From Actinomycetota bacterium (GTDB lineage: Bacteria; Actinomycetota; Actinomycetes; S36-B12; GCA-2699445): 64,000 bases of DNA. The notes under the pieces are model-generated. The model saw nothing but the letters and a program-made list of their open reading frames with translations, was not told the origin of the DNA and ran no database searches. Of the stretch, positions 10,015 through 19,985 are shown piece after piece (position 1 is the first letter of the stretch; every line of letters begins with the position of its first letter). The stretch spans positions 103,913 through 167,912 of the forward strand of contig JAGQTY010000003.1 in NCBI GenBank assembly GCA_020438795.1, written 5' to 3'. The translations under genes and the position numbers were made by a program.

Positions 10015-10489
10015 GCCCCAGGTCGGCCAGGGCTTCGATGTGCACAGGTTCACCTCCGATCGTCCGCTCATGCTGGCGACTCTGCACTGGCCGGGTGAGC
10101 CCGGTCTGGCCGGACACAGCGACGCGGACGTCGTCGTCCACGCGGTCTGCGACGCGCTGCTGGCAGCTGCCGGCCAGGGCGATCTGGGCAGCAACTTCGG
10201 TACCAGTGACCCTCAGTGGGCGGGCGCCAGCAGTGCCCGGCTGCTGACCAGGACGGTGGAACTGGTGCACGCCGTGGGGCTGACCATCAACAACGTCACC
10301 GTGACGCTCATCGGGAACCGGCCCAAACTCGCCCCCCGGCGCAGCGAGGCGGAGGATGCGATGAGCGGCATCGTGGGAGCCCGGGTATCCCTGGCCGCCA
10401 CCACCACAGACGGTCTCGGATTCACGGGCCGGGACGAAGGGCTGGCGGCGATGGCCACCGCACTGGTGAGTCCTGCGGTGAGAGCCTGA
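10004..10489 (+). CDS. ispF: 2-C-methyl-D-erythritol 2,4-cyclodiphosphate synthase
   Basis: GQGFDVHRF and [19 protein letters not shown]-like zinc-site motifs. It overlaps the ispD 3' end. Confidence 0.9.
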   Translation: MFAEPQVGQGFDVHRFTSDRPLMLATLHWPGEPGLAGHSDADVVVHAVCDALLAAAGQGDLGSNFGTSDPQWAGASSARLLTRTVELVHAVGLTINNVTVTLIGNRPKLAPRRSEAEDAMSGIVGARVSLAATTTDGLGFTGRDEGLAAMATALVSPAVRA

Positions 10490-10523
10490 CACGGTCCGCC
10501 CGCCGGTCAATAGACTGGTACCC

Positions 10524-11903
10524 GTGGACCTTCAGTTGTATGACACCGCGGCAAGGCGCAAGCGCCCGTTCGTTCCCGAGCACCCCGGGCGGGCAAGCGT
10601 GTATGTGTGCGGCGCCACGGTGCAAGGTCCGCCGCACATCGGGCACGTGCGGTCCTCGGTCTGCTTCGATATTCTGCGGCGCTGGCTGGTGCACCAGGGC
10701 CTGCAGGTCACCTACATCCGCAATGTCACCGACATCGACGACAAGATCCTGGCCAAGGCCGCAGAGGCCGGACGCCCCTGGTGGGCCTGGGCCTACGAGA
10801 ATGAGCGGGCCTTCGACCTCGCCTACGATGCACTGGGGCTGCTGCCGGCCAGCTACGCACCGCGCGCCACCGGCCACGTGACCGAGATGGTTGAGCTGAT
10901 GCAGCGACTGATCGCGGCCGGTCACGCCTACGAAGTGGACGGCAACGTCTACTTCGACGTGCGCTCATGGCGGGAGTACGGCAGCCTGAGCGGGCAGCGC
11001 GTGGACGAGATGGCCGGGGAGCCCGCCGCAGCCGGCAAGCGGGACCCGCTGGACTTCGCACTGTGGAAGGCCGCCAAGCCGGGGGAACCCAGCTGGCCGA
11101 CGCCTTGGGGCCGCGGCCGCCCGGGTTGGCACCTCGAGTGCTCGGTGATGGCAACCAAGTACTGCGGCGGTAGCTTCGACATCCACGGCGGCGGAGTCGA
11201 TCTCAAGTTCCCGCATCACGAGAACGAGATCGCCCAGTCGAACGCAGCCGGGGATCCCTTCGCCCGCTACTGGTTGCACAACAGCTGGGTGACCGTGGCC
11301 GGCGAGAAGATGGGCAAATCCCTCGGCAATGCTCTGGCGGTCTCCGAACTGCTGAAGACCGTGCGGCCCGTGGAACTGCGCTACTACCTCGGGGCGGCCC
11401 ACTACCGGTCCACCATCGAGTACTCGCCGGCGGCGCTCGAGGAGGCAGCCGCCGCCTACCGCAGGATCGAGTCCTTCGTCTCGCGGGCACCTGCCCCCGA
11501 GAGCCTCGCCGACCATCCCGTCCCGCAGGGATTCGCCGACGCACTCAACGACGACCTGGGTGTGCCGGCTGCACTGGCTGTGGTTCATGACCGGGTCTCG
11601 CAGGGCAACGCCGCGCTCGGGGCCGGCGACTCCGCCGTAGCGGCAGCTGCAGCGGCGGACGTGCTGGCCATGACGGACATCCTGGGCATCAACCCAGCGA
11701 GCAGCCACTGGCAGGCCGATGCCGACGACGCCGCAGGTGACGCGCTGGACGTGCTCGCGGACCATATCCTGGCGCAGCGCCAGGAAGCCCGCGCGCAGAA
11801 GGACTGGGCTGCCGCAGACCGGATCCGGGACCTGATGACGGAGGCAGGCATCGACGTCGAGGACACCCCGGAAGGGCCTCGGTGGTCGGTCAGGCCCGAC
11901 TGA
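10524..11903 (+). CDS. cysS: Cysteine--tRNA ligase
   Basis: Class I HIGH (PHIGHVRS) and KMSKS (KMGKSLGN) motifs, plus [17 protein letters not shown]. Confidence 0.95.
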   Translation: MDLQLYDTAARRKRPFVPEHPGRASVYVCGATVQGPPHIGHVRSSVCFDILRRWLVHQGLQVTYIRNVTDIDDKILAKAAEAGRPWWAWAYENERAFDLAYDALGLLPASYAPRATGHVTEMVELMQRLIAAGHAYEVDGNVYFDVRSWREYGSLSGQRVDEMAGEPAAAGKRDPLDFALWKAAKPGEPSWPTPWGRGRPGWHLECSVMATKYCGGSFDIHGGGVDLKFPHHENEIAQSNAAGDPFARYWLHNSWVTVAGEKMGKSLGNALAVSELLKTVRPVELRYYLGAAHYRSTIEYSPAALEEAAAAYRRIESFVSRAPAPESLADHPVPQGFADALNDDLGVPAALAVVHDRVSQGNAALGAGDSAVAAAAAADVLAMTDILGINPASSHWQADADDAAGDALDVLADHILAQRQEARAQKDWAAADRIRDLMTEAGIDVEDTPEGPRWSVRPD

Positions 11904-11980
11904 GGCCGTCCGGGTGCTCACCACCCCGCCTCGCCAGGGATGAGTCCCTACACTGAGGGCAACACGACCCAGGGACGATT

Positions 11981-12895
11981 GTGAACGGTGCCGCCAACCA
12001 GAAGAAGACCAAGGGCTCAGGAGGGCAGGGTCGCGCGGCCCGGGCCGGCCGCGGGCCCACTCCGAAGGCCAAGGATCGCGTCGGCCACCCCGCCCAGCGG
12101 CGGGCCCGGGCACAGGCGCGCAACCGGAAGAAGACCCACCCCGAGGTGATCCTGGGCAGGAACGGCGTCCTGGAAGCCCTGTCCGAGGGGATTCCCGCCA
12201 CCGAGCTCCTCATCGCTGCCTCCCTCGAGGATGACCCCAAGGCGATCAAGGCCAAGAAGCTGGCCGTCAAGCACGAGATCCCGGTGGGACCGGGCACACG
12301 GGCGCAGCTGGACACCCTCGCAGACGGATTGCCGCATCAGGGCATCGCTCTGGTGGTACCCCCGTTCCACTACACGGACCTCGACACACTGATCGACCGG
12401 GCCCCAGAGGTGATCACCGATCTGGGTGCCGGTTCCAACCAGCCGTTGCTCGTGGTGCTGGACCACCTTCAGGACGCGGGCAACCTCGGCGCGATCGCAC
12501 GATCCTGCGCCGCGTTCGCGAGTTCGGGCATGGTCATCGCCGACCGCCGAGCAGCGTCGGTCACGGCGAGCGCCTGGCGGGCCTCGGCAGGGGCTCTGTC
12601 GAGACTGCCGGTCGCCAAGGTGAACAACATCGCCCGTAGTCTCAACCGGCTCAAGAAGGCCGACTATTTGGTCCTCGGGCTGTCGACGCATTCGGGTACG
12701 CCCATCAACAACCTGCAGGGTGAATTCCTCGACCGTCCGATCGCCCTGGTGGTCGGCAGTGAATCCACCGGCATGTCACGCCTTGTCGCCGAGAGCTGCG
12801 ACGTGCTCACCAACATCGAGATCGCCCGATCCACGGAATCACTCAACGCGTCCGTGGCTACCGGGATCGCTCTGAACGTCATCCGTTCCGCCTGA
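11981..12895 (+). CDS. rlmB: TrmH/SpoU-family 23S rRNA 2'-O-methyltransferase
   Basis: Basic N-terminal tail, then SpoU motifs ([40 protein letters not shown]). It sits downstream of cysS, as in mycobacteria. Confidence 0.8.
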   Translation: MNGAANQKKTKGSGGQGRAARAGRGPTPKAKDRVGHPAQRRARAQARNRKKTHPEVILGRNGVLEALSEGIPATELLIAASLEDDPKAIKAKKLAVKHEIPVGPGTRAQLDTLADGLPHQGIALVVPPFHYTDLDTLIDRAPEVITDLGAGSNQPLLVVLDHLQDAGNLGAIARSCAAFASSGMVIADRRAASVTASAWRASAGALSRLPVAKVNNIARSLNRLKKADYLVLGLSTHSGTPINNLQGEFLDRPIALVVGSESTGMSRLVAESCDVLTNIEIARSTESLNASVATGIALNVIRSA

Positions 12896-12900
12896 GGAAC

Positions 12901-14205
12901 TCAGTCGCGGTAGCCCTCCGGCAGATACGGCAGCCACAGCCGCACGATGGCATTGGCGCCGGTTCGCGGAGAGGTTCTGCCGTCCACCATGTTGAGCCAC
13001 TCCTGGCCGATCGGCCCGTAGAGGGACTGCACGCGCGCGATCATCGGTGTCGGCTGTGCCGCCTGCATTGCGGCGAGGTAGCCGGACATCATCGGATCGC
13101 CACTCACCTCGTCGGCCTCGTAGACCTCACCACGCGTGGGAACCAGGCCTGCGCGAGTGGCCAGCTCCTGCTGCCCACTCGCCGATGTCAGCGCCGCGAC
13201 CAGCGCCTGGCTCGCATCAGGAGACTGGCTGGCACTCGTGACACTGACGTTGTATCCGAGGTAGGCAGTGGCAGGACCATCGTCACCGGCGGCTGGGGGG
13301 GCACCCACGAGGAGACCCTGTCCGTCCCGGAACGGATCGGAGCCGAACAGCGTACGAAGCCGGGCCGGGGTGGTGAAGATCGAGCCCACCTTGCCGTCCT
13401 GGAAAGCCTTGAGGGCCTCCTGCTCCGACTCGGTCTTCGCTGCCGGCCGCAGCGCGCCGGCGGTCGCCAGGGCGACGCCGGCCTCGAAGCCTGCAACAGA
13501 GGGACCATCGTTGATGATCACTCGGCTGGCCGCGGTGTCGAGCATGCCACCGCCCGTGCTGTAGACGAAGGGCAACACTTCAAGGCCGCTGGCCGGTGCC
13601 TGCAGTGGGTAGGCATCCGGCTCGGAGTATGACTCCGCCTGCTGGGCGACCTCGTCCCAGGATGATGGCACTCCCACGCCCGCGCGTTCCATCGTGCCCG
13701 CGGATGAAGCCATGATCACAGGTTCGCCCGTCTGCGGCACACCCATCAGCCTGTCATCCACCTGAGCCGATGCGAACGCTGCCGGAAGGAACTCGTCGGG
13801 AGTGTCCAGAGGACTTCCGGACAGGTTCTCGAGGTAGCCCTGCTTCGCCAGTGTGGCGGTGGTGGTGGTCGGGACCCGCACGACATCGGGAACACTGTCG
13901 GCCTGCACGGCCTTGGCGAACCTCTCCGCCAGCTTCTCCTCGGGCACGTTCTCATAGCGAACGCTCACGTCGGGGTAGGCCTCCTCGAAACTGCCGATGA
14001 GGTCGCGCACGACCGGTGCCTCGGTGTCAAGCACCGTGCTGTCCCAGAACACCAGTTCGCCTTGCAATGCAGCCGGGTCCACCTCGGCGCCGCCGCTGGC
14101 CCGGTCGGCCCCTGAGACACATCCGGTCAGGGCCAGGGACCCAACAGCTGCCAGGGCCACCACACCCCGGACCGCTACTCCAACCACCATGACAATCGCC
14201 TCCAA
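12901..14205 (-). CDS. ABC-transporter family-1 extracellular solute-binding lipoprotein (orphan)
   Basis: Lipobox LALTGC and sugar-SBP-like length and composition. No permease or ATPase gene is adjacent in this window. Confidence 0.75.
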   Translation of the reverse strand: MEAIVMVVGVAVRGVVALAAVGSLALTGCVSGADRASGGAEVDPAALQGELVFWDSTVLDTEAPVVRDLIGSFEEAYPDVSVRYENVPEEKLAERFAKAVQADSVPDVVRVPTTTTATLAKQGYLENLSGSPLDTPDEFLPAAFASAQVDDRLMGVPQTGEPVIMASSAGTMERAGVGVPSSWDEVAQQAESYSEPDAYPLQAPASGLEVLPFVYSTGGGMLDTAASRVIINDGPSVAGFEAGVALATAGALRPAAKTESEQEALKAFQDGKVGSIFTTPARLRTLFGSDPFRDGQGLLVGAPPAAGDDGPATAYLGYNVSVTSASQSPDASQALVAALTSASGQQELATRAGLVPTRGEVYEADEVSGDPMMSGYLAAMQAAQPTPMIARVQSLYGPIGQEWLNMVDGRTSPRTGANAIVRLWLPYLPEGYRD

Positions 14206-14243
14206 AGCGACCGTAACAGGAGAACCGGAACGGATCGGGTCAA

Positions 14244-14264
14244 TCGGCGATCTCGGATCGCCGA
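14244..14264. promoter_or_regulatory. Perfect 9-bp inverted repeat TCGGCGATC-tcg-GATCGCCGA, 39 nt upstream of the solute-binding-protein start
   Basis: Read directly from the sequence. It could be an operator for the SBP gene or the terminator of the upstream SMP-30-like gene. Confidence 0.3.
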
Positions 14265-14345
14265 GCAGCGGGCCGCAGGCTGAACGGGCGCCCGCCCCCC
14301 GGCTTGTCTCTGGAGTGGATGAGACGCAGTCGGCGGCATCAGGGG

Positions 14346-15359
14346 TCAGGACCGTTCACGGTCGGGCAGCGGCCATTCGAGGCTTGCGATCGCGGATTCC
14401 ACGAGACTGCCGAGCCACAACCGGCCACCAGCTTCTCGGATGCCGGTGACGTAGTGGTAGGCGCTGCCGTCCGCCTGCAGATTGTGTCGCACCTGTCCGG
14501 CTTCATCGATGCCCAGAACGAAGGCGATCCGAGAAGCGTCCGGTTGCACAGCGTCGGGCAGCGACCACACCAGCCGCCGCAGGAATGCGGGCCGCGGCAG
14601 CAGCAGGTCCAGCAACCGGTTCCGCAGGGAAGGGATCGCCACCCAGAAGGTGCCGTTGCTCCCGGTTGACATGTTGTCCGGCAATCCCGGCAGATTGTCC
14701 AGGATCACGCTGGGGTGCCCCGCTCCCGGGCCCGTCAGAGGAATCCGGCTCACCCGGTAGGCTCCCGTTTCGGCCACCAGGAGACTGGACTCGTCCTGAG
14801 CGAGGGCGACTCCGTTGGCGAAGGCGAGTCCCTCGGCAATGACGTCCAGGTGCCCCTGGGGATCCAGACGGAGAACCTTGCCCGTGCCCCCGTGTTCCAG
14901 CAGGTCAGCTTTGAAGTGCGTGACATCGGTGGTTGTGGACGAATCCGAGAAGTAGATGGTGCCGTCGCCGGCGACGGCGGCGTTGTTGGTGAACTTGAGG
15001 GGTCGTCCGGCCACCTCGGCAACCAGGACCTTCACCGAACCGGTGCCGGGATCGACGCGCAACAGTCCGGCCAGCGAATCACAGACGATCAGAGACCCAT
15101 CCGCATCGATCTCGATCCCCAGTGGACGCCCGCCCGTGCGAGCGACGACTCGGACACGACCGCCGTCAACGGCGACGATGCTGCCGTCGGCAAGACCCGA
15201 GTAGACCCGGCCGTCCTCGCTCACGGCGACATCCTCCGGACCACTGCCGGGGACGGGCGTCAGTGAGAGCCTGCTCAGCAGGTCATTGTGCGCGAACCTG
15301 CCGACCAGGCCTTGATCCCGTGGCGGGGTCCAGCGCATCGGACGGATGCTCGGCTTCAT
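14346..15359 (-). CDS. SMP-30/gluconolactonase/strictosidine-synthase-like beta-propeller protein
   Basis: GPEDVAVSEDGRVYSGLADGSIVAV, GRPLGIEIDADGSLIVCD and GDGTIYFSDSS repeats. Start chosen at MKPSIRP (ATG 15359, GAAGGA RBS); the ORF is open up to 15497. Confidence 0.7.
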   Translation of the reverse strand: MKPSIRPMRWTPPRDQGLVGRFAHNDLLSRLSLTPVPGSGPEDVAVSEDGRVYSGLADGSIVAVDGGRVRVVARTGGRPLGIEIDADGSLIVCDSLAGLLRVDPGTGSVKVLVAEVAGRPLKFTNNAAVAGDGTIYFSDSSTTTDVTHFKADLLEHGGTGKVLRLDPQGHLDVIAEGLAFANGVALAQDESSLLVAETGAYRVSRIPLTGPGAGHPSVILDNLPGLPDNMSTGSNGTFWVAIPSLRNRLLDLLLPRPAFLRRLVWSLPDAVQPDASRIAFVLGIDEAGQVRHNLQADGSAYHYVTGIREAGGRLWLGSLVESAIASLEWPLPDRERS

Positions 15360-15586
15360 TCCTTCAGGATGCCTGCAAGACGTAGCCGGGAACTCCTCGG
15401 GTGCTCCGCTTACGTATCCGAGAGAGTGACCATCAACCTCAACCGCCAGCTGGCCATCGTTCACGAGATCGACGGCTTGGCGGCATGCTGGGGTCACCTC
15501 GGTGCTGGGTCGCCATCCCTCGATGGGGTCGGAGTGTGTCAGCTAAAATGGCGCAGAGCGGAATCGCCGTGTCGTTCTGTTCGCCC

Positions 15587-15659
15587 GCCGACGTGGCGCA
15601 ATTGGCAGCGCACCTGTCTTGTAAACAGGTGGTTAGGGGTTCGAGTCCCCTCGTCGGCT
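15587..15659 (+). tRNA. tRNA-Thr (anticodon TGT)
   Basis: Manual cloverleaf: acceptor GCCGACG/CGTCGGC, D arm GCGC..GCGC, anticodon stem CCTGT/ACAGG with loop CTTGTAA, T arm AGGGG-TTCGAGT-CCCCT, discriminator T. 73 nt with no encoded CCA. Confidence 0.9.
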
Positions 15660-15945
15660 CTCCTGACAAGAGATGGTGGCTGCGGCTGCCGCCAGTGATC
15701 CACAGGAGCAGGCTCGCACGGGCTATGTAGCTGAACGAACCCGGATGGTGCGGTGGAAGCCGTTCATACACGGCGTTGTCGTTCGGGGAGCGCGGCGAGG
15801 TCCTGTGATGAGTTGGTCCCATGACCTCGACCTGCGCCTTGGACACCCCCTGTGATGTCTGGCATACGGGTGAGGACCGTGGACGGAAGGGTTCCCATTC
15901 TGGGATCCTGGCGTAGCTTGCTCTTACGAGGAAGGGGCTGCAATC

Positions 15946-17676
15946 GTGCTCGGGACGCAGTGGGCCTGGCGTTCGCTGGTAGGCGCGAGTGCGGCACTGG
16001 CGTTGATACTGTCCTTGGTCGGCGCCTTTCCCGCGTCTGCGAATCAGATCTGGACCCCACAGACCTCCGGCACTTCGAACATCCTGCGCGGTGTGGCGGA
16101 GGACGGCTCCGGGAACTGGGTCGTGGTCGGCTACAGCGGCACGATCCTGACCAGCAGCGATGACGGCACCACCTGGACGTCACGATCCACCGGCACCAGC
16201 TACCTGTACGGTGTGGCGGGGGACGGCTCGGGCAATTGGGTGTCCGTCGGCTCCGGCGGCACGATCCTGACCAGTAGCAATGACGGCACCACCTGGACGT
16301 CACGAACCTCCGGGACCCCGAGAAACCTGTACGGTGTGGCGAAGGACGGCTCCGGGAACTGGGTGGCCGTCGGCGCCAGCGGCACGATCCTGACCAGCAG
16401 CAATGACGGCACCACCTGGACCACTGCAACCTCCGGCACCACGAAGACTCTGTATGGGGTGGCGGGGGACGGCTCGGGCAACTGGGTGGTAGTCGGCTCC
16501 AGCGGCACGATCCTGACCAGTAGTAACAACGGCGCCACCTGGACGTCACAAACCTCCGGAACCGGGGACACCCTGCGGGGTGTGGCAGGGGACAGCTCAG
16601 GGAACTCGGTGGCTGTAGGCGACAACGGCACGATCCTGACCAGCAGTAACGGCGCCACCTGGACCACTGCAACCTCCGGCACCACGAAGATTCTGCGGGG
16701 TGTGGCGGGCGACGGCTCGGGCAACTGGGTGGGAGTCGGCTCCAACGGCACGATCCTGACCAGCAGCAATGACGGCGCTTCCTGGACGACTGCAACCTCC
16801 GGCACCACGAAGACTCTGTATGGCGTGGGAGGGGACGGCTCGGGCAACTGGGCCGTTGTCGCCACTGGCGGCACGATCCTGACCAGTGGCCCCCCAGAAT
16901 TCTCCTCGTCACCGGACTCGGTGGCTTTCGGGGAGCAGCCTGTCGGGACCGGTTCGGCGGCCAGCTCAGTGACGGTGACCAACACCGGGTCCGCGGACTT
17001 GAGCATCACCGACGTGGCTCTGGGTGGGGCTGAGGCTGACCAGTTCAGCATCGGTACCGACACCTGTCACGGCACCACCCAGGCTCCAGGGGCCACCTGC
17101 ACCGTGGCTGTCACCTTCGACCCCACCAGCACTGGTGCGAAGACTGCGGAGCTGACCTTCACCGACGACGCTGCTGATAGCCCCCAGACCGTGACCCTTA
17201 CCGGCACCGGCACCGGCACCACGCCAGCACCCACAACGACACCCGCGCCCACCACACCCACACCCACACCCACACCCACACCCACGCCAACGCCAACGCC
17301 AACGCCAACGCCGACGCCAACGCCGACGACTGACTTGGTAGTCAAGGCGGCACCTAAGGGAAAGAAGATACGTTTGCAAGGTAGGACCCGATTGGCGAAG
17401 GTCAGAACGGATGGGAAGATCACGAAGGTCAAAGTCCGGTGCTCCTTGAGGGGAACGCGCCTGAAGGGCGACGATAGGGCGTCGAACTGCGGGATCACGG
17501 TCAACAGGAAGACCCGGAAGGCGGCTGTGAAAGCTACCCCCAACTGCGGCGCAGGCCTCAAGATCAAGGCCACTATCGTTGCCAAGGCATCAGGAGAGAC
17601 GAGGGTTGAGTGGACCCGGACTTGGAAAGTCCGCAAGGACCCCAGCGTGTTGTGCACTCTCGGCGGCAACGGCTGA
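15946..17676 (+). CDS. Secreted 7-blade Asp-box (BNR/Ycf48-like) propeller protein + choice-of-anchor-D domain + PT linker + basic Cys-containing C-terminal domain
   Basis: GTG start and a signal peptide (...LVGAFPASA). Seven ~40-aa repeats follow the pattern GTxxxLxGVAGDGSGNWVxVGxxGTILTSSxDGxTW (Asp-box SxDxGxTW). Then come VTVTNTGSADLSITDV...CTVAVTFDP...LTGTGTG, a (PT)n linker, and a Lys/Arg-rich 110-aa tail with 4 Cys. Confidence 0.85.
   Translation: MLGTQWAWRSLVGASAALALILSLVGAFPASANQIWTPQTSGTSNILRGVAEDGSGNWVVVGYSGTILTSSDDGTTWTSRSTGTSYLYGVAGDGSGNWVSVGSGGTILTSSNDGTTWTSRTSGTPRNLYGVAKDGSGNWVAVGASGTILTSSNDGTTWTTATSGTTKTLYGVAGDGSGNWVVVGSSGTILTSSNNGATWTSQTSGTGDTLRGVAGDSSGNSVAVGDNGTILTSSNGATWTTATSGTTKILRGVAGDGSGNWVGVGSNGTILTSSNDGASWTTATSGTTKTLYGVGGDGSGNWAVVATGGTILTSGPPEFSSSPDSVAFGEQPVGTGSAASSVTVTNTGSADLSITDVALGGAEADQFSIGTDTCHGTTQAPGATCTVAVTFDPTSTGAKTAELTFTDDAADSPQTVTLTGTGTGTTPAPTTTPAPTTPTPTPTPTPTPTPTPTPTPTPTPTTDLVVKAAPKGKKIRLQGRTRLAKVRTDGKITKVKVRCSLRGTRLKGDDRASNCGITVNRKTRKAAVKATPNCGAGLKIKATIVAKASGETRVEWTRTWKVRKDPSVLCTLGGNG
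16051..16890 (+). repeat. Seven tandem ~120-123-bp coding repeats (propeller blades) with long identical nucleotide stretches
   Basis: For example, GGCACGATCCTGACCAGCAGCAATGACGGCACCACCTGGAC recurs almost verbatim in several units. Confidence 0.85.
17253..17328 (+). repeat. Hexanucleotide microsatellite (CCCACA)n/(CCAACG)n encoding a (PT)n linker
   Basis: Read directly: ...cacacccacacccacacccacacccacgccaacgccaacgccaacgccaacgccgacgccaacgccgacg. Confidence 0.9.
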
Positions 17677-17796
17677 CTCAACCGACGTCGTCTTGGTCCC
17701 AACCTGGACGAGCAGAGCGAGCATCAGCTCTCTACACATCAGATGCAACCGGCCACCGCGTTCACGCCAGATAGACCGGTGATGGGGGCCTGAACC

Positions 17797-18990
17797 TCAC
17801 TTGAGCTTGCGTGTGCTTGCCTTAAGAGGAATCGACGCTCCCGCCGCAGTGACAGCCACGACGCTCACCTTGTAGACGGCGTTGGCCGGAACCCTGCCGG
17901 TGCGGCACCTCGCCTTGCGTCCGGAGCACGCGTATGACTTGGCCCCCTTGCTGCGCCATCCGCGCTGGGGCGTGAGTGTGGTCCGATAGCTCAGGTTCTT
18001 CGCGCTGCCGGGCATTGCCTTTCGCCACTTGAGCAGCAGTCGGCCACGCGAACGCTGTGCGGTCAACCCGTCGACCTTGCTTGGCGGCATCCTGACCACC
18101 TTTGCCAGAGCGCCGGACACCGAAGGCCACAGGGAGACCGAGAAGTCCCCCGCGAAGTGATTGCCGTCGAAGTAGCGAGGCAGCCCCCGCACATCGACAG
18201 GGGAGCAGAAGCTCGATGTGCAGACTTCGTCGGTGAGGTCCAGACGGACTGTTTTCGCCATGCCCCGGCTGACGGCAGTCTCCACCGACCAGACCCCGCG
18301 GTTGGTGTCGTTGACCGCCTCGCTGCGCGACAACCCGCACGAAACGCCGCTCTTCCCCGGCTTCTCAGCCAGACAGGCAGCGAGGTCGTTGCCGAACCTG
18401 GGCGGATCGCGAACGACCACGACACCCGGGCGACCGGCTGCGGTAACGGAGCCAAGGGTCTTCCTGAATCCGCTGCGCCAGGTCTTGAAGTAGTCAGCTA
18501 CGGAGGCAGCCGACCCTTCCCCTGACTGAAGGTCCTGGTAGTGGTAGGAGGAGGCGACGACTACGGTGTCCGGGTTCATCCTGCGGATGACCGCCAGTGC
18601 CGATTTGCGCCACGAGGTGCAGTCAGGATGTGGATCAACGCGCCCGCCCAGCGAGTCCACGACGGCCACCGGGCAACCGGACTTCGTCAGCTGGGCCAGT
18701 CGCAGCTGGTGGCGGGTGGCTACCTCCTCCAGCGCCGGTCTCAGCTGAGCTGCGTGTGAGTCCCCGAACAGCATGACCAGAGGACGCGAGCGTTTACCGC
18801 CCACGACCAAGCATTCGCGGGCCTCGGTAGCCTCGACCCCCTCGTGACAGCCCGCCGCCTGAAGTACGCGACCGTCATCAGAGGGCACGCCGGCAATCGC
18901 CGTGGGCAGACCGGACAACGCAACGAGCAACAGCGCCCCTACCAGAACACCCAAACCGACCGGACGCACACGTCCCCCTCGAGCGGACAT
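17797..18990 (-). CDS. Secreted SGNH-hydrolase-domain protein with a C-terminal FN3-like basic domain
   Basis: Signal peptide (LVALSGLPTAIAG). The block LVMLFGDSHAAQL is like the SGNH domain appended to OafA/AT3 acyltransferases, but no membrane AT3 domain is present. The C-terminus GLTAQRSRGRLLLKWRKA...YKVSVVAVTAAG is FN3-like. Confidence 0.7.
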   Translation of the reverse strand: MSARGGRVRPVGLGVLVGALLLVALSGLPTAIAGVPSDDGRVLQAAGCHEGVEATEARECLVVGGKRSRPLVMLFGDSHAAQLRPALEEVATRHQLRLAQLTKSGCPVAVVDSLGGRVDPHPDCTSWRKSALAVIRRMNPDTVVVASSYHYQDLQSGEGSAASVADYFKTWRSGFRKTLGSVTAAGRPGVVVVRDPPRFGNDLAACLAEKPGKSGVSCGLSRSEAVNDTNRGVWSVETAVSRGMAKTVRLDLTDEVCTSSFCSPVDVRGLPRYFDGNHFAGDFSVSLWPSVSGALAKVVRMPPSKVDGLTAQRSRGRLLLKWRKAMPGSAKNLSYRTTLTPQRGWRSKGAKSYACSGRKARCRTGRVPANAVYKVSVVAVTAAGASIPLKASTRKLK

Positions 18991-19073
18991 CTCATTCTCG
19001 CTCAGACTACCCCAGAACTGCGGTCACTCACCTGGCGTTGCACCCACCCGGAGCTGACCCGGAGCCAGTCCCT

Positions 19074-19769
19074 TCAGCGTCCCCTGAACGTCACCGACGC
19101 GACCCGGCCGCGGCCTTCGCTCGTCTCAGCCACCACCATGATCTTGATACGGGAGCGCCGGGGACCGAAGGTGGCCTTGAGAGCGGGGGACACGAAGGTC
19201 TGCCAATTGACCGTGTTGCCCGTGCTCAGGTTCTTCATCTTGGCCTTGTAGGTCACGTATTGCTCGCCCACGTTGGCCGGGGGACGCCAGCGGATCTGGG
19301 CGGTCTTCGCCTTGATCTTCTTGGCCTTGAGGCCGCGAACCTTGCTGGGCTTGGTCTTGCGAATCAGGCTCTCGGTGTAATAGGCCGAACCCTCACCGAA
19401 GGGCGTCACGGCCGAAACCGTGAAGTAGTAGTAGTGCCCGGGCACCAGAGCACCGGGGACCTGGAACGAGTTGGTACCCAACGCGACCTCGCCGATGACG
19501 GCGCCGTTGCTGGCCTTGATCCGGTAGCCGATCACGGCAGACTCCCGCCAGTTCACGGGGTCGGTCCAGGTCAGCAAGGCTCCGGTACCGTTCAGCGCGA
19601 TCCGCAGATCACGCACCCCCATCGGGTACTCGTACTCCGCCTGGCTCTCAACAGTCTCATCCTCCGCTGCGGCGCCGGCGACTGCCGGGCCGCTCAGCGC
19701 CCCCAGTGTGAGTGCGAGGCCCAGCCCAAGGGTGGAGGTCCGTGCTGGGAGTCTGACGCGCTTGGACAT
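19074..19769 (-). CDS. Secreted protein with two fibronectin type III-like domains
   Basis: Start MSKRVRLP and signal peptide ...LSGPAVAGAAA. Contains LRIALNGTGALLTWTDP...YYYFTVSAVTPFGEG and LKAKKIKAKTAQIRWRPP...IKIMVVAETSEG. Confidence 0.7.
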   Translation of the reverse strand: MSKRVRLPARTSTLGLGLALTLGALSGPAVAGAAAEDETVESQAEYEYPMGVRDLRIALNGTGALLTWTDPVNWRESAVIGYRIKASNGAVIGEVALGTNSFQVPGALVPGHYYYFTVSAVTPFGEGSAYYTESLIRKTKPSKVRGLKAKKIKAKTAQIRWRPPANVGEQYVTYKAKMKNLSTGNTVNWQTFVSPALKATFGPRRSRIKIMVVAETSEGRGRVASVTFRGR

Positions 19770-19985
19770 GCTGATGTGCTCCGTTCCTGCCATGCGAGCT
19801 GTCCGCCAGCTTCAACGGCGGCTTTCCTGGCCGCTCGCTCCGCGGCGGTGTCAGCTTCAAACGTTAACACGGTATTGACACCCAGACCTCGTCGCGGGAT
19901 GGTGAGATAGAACACGAACCGCTGAAGTCGCTGCCGCTCAAGCGCAAGAGGGCGGCGAACGTGTCACGGCACCAACGTGCAGGTG

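Noticed and set aside
15764-16912. 382-aa minus-strand ORF with a striking Cys/Trp/Arg-rich periodic sequence (WCRRLQWSRW...)
   Set aside because: The periodicity is only the reverse-complement reading of the seven Asp-box propeller repeats on the plus strand. The ORF has no start context or signal of its own.
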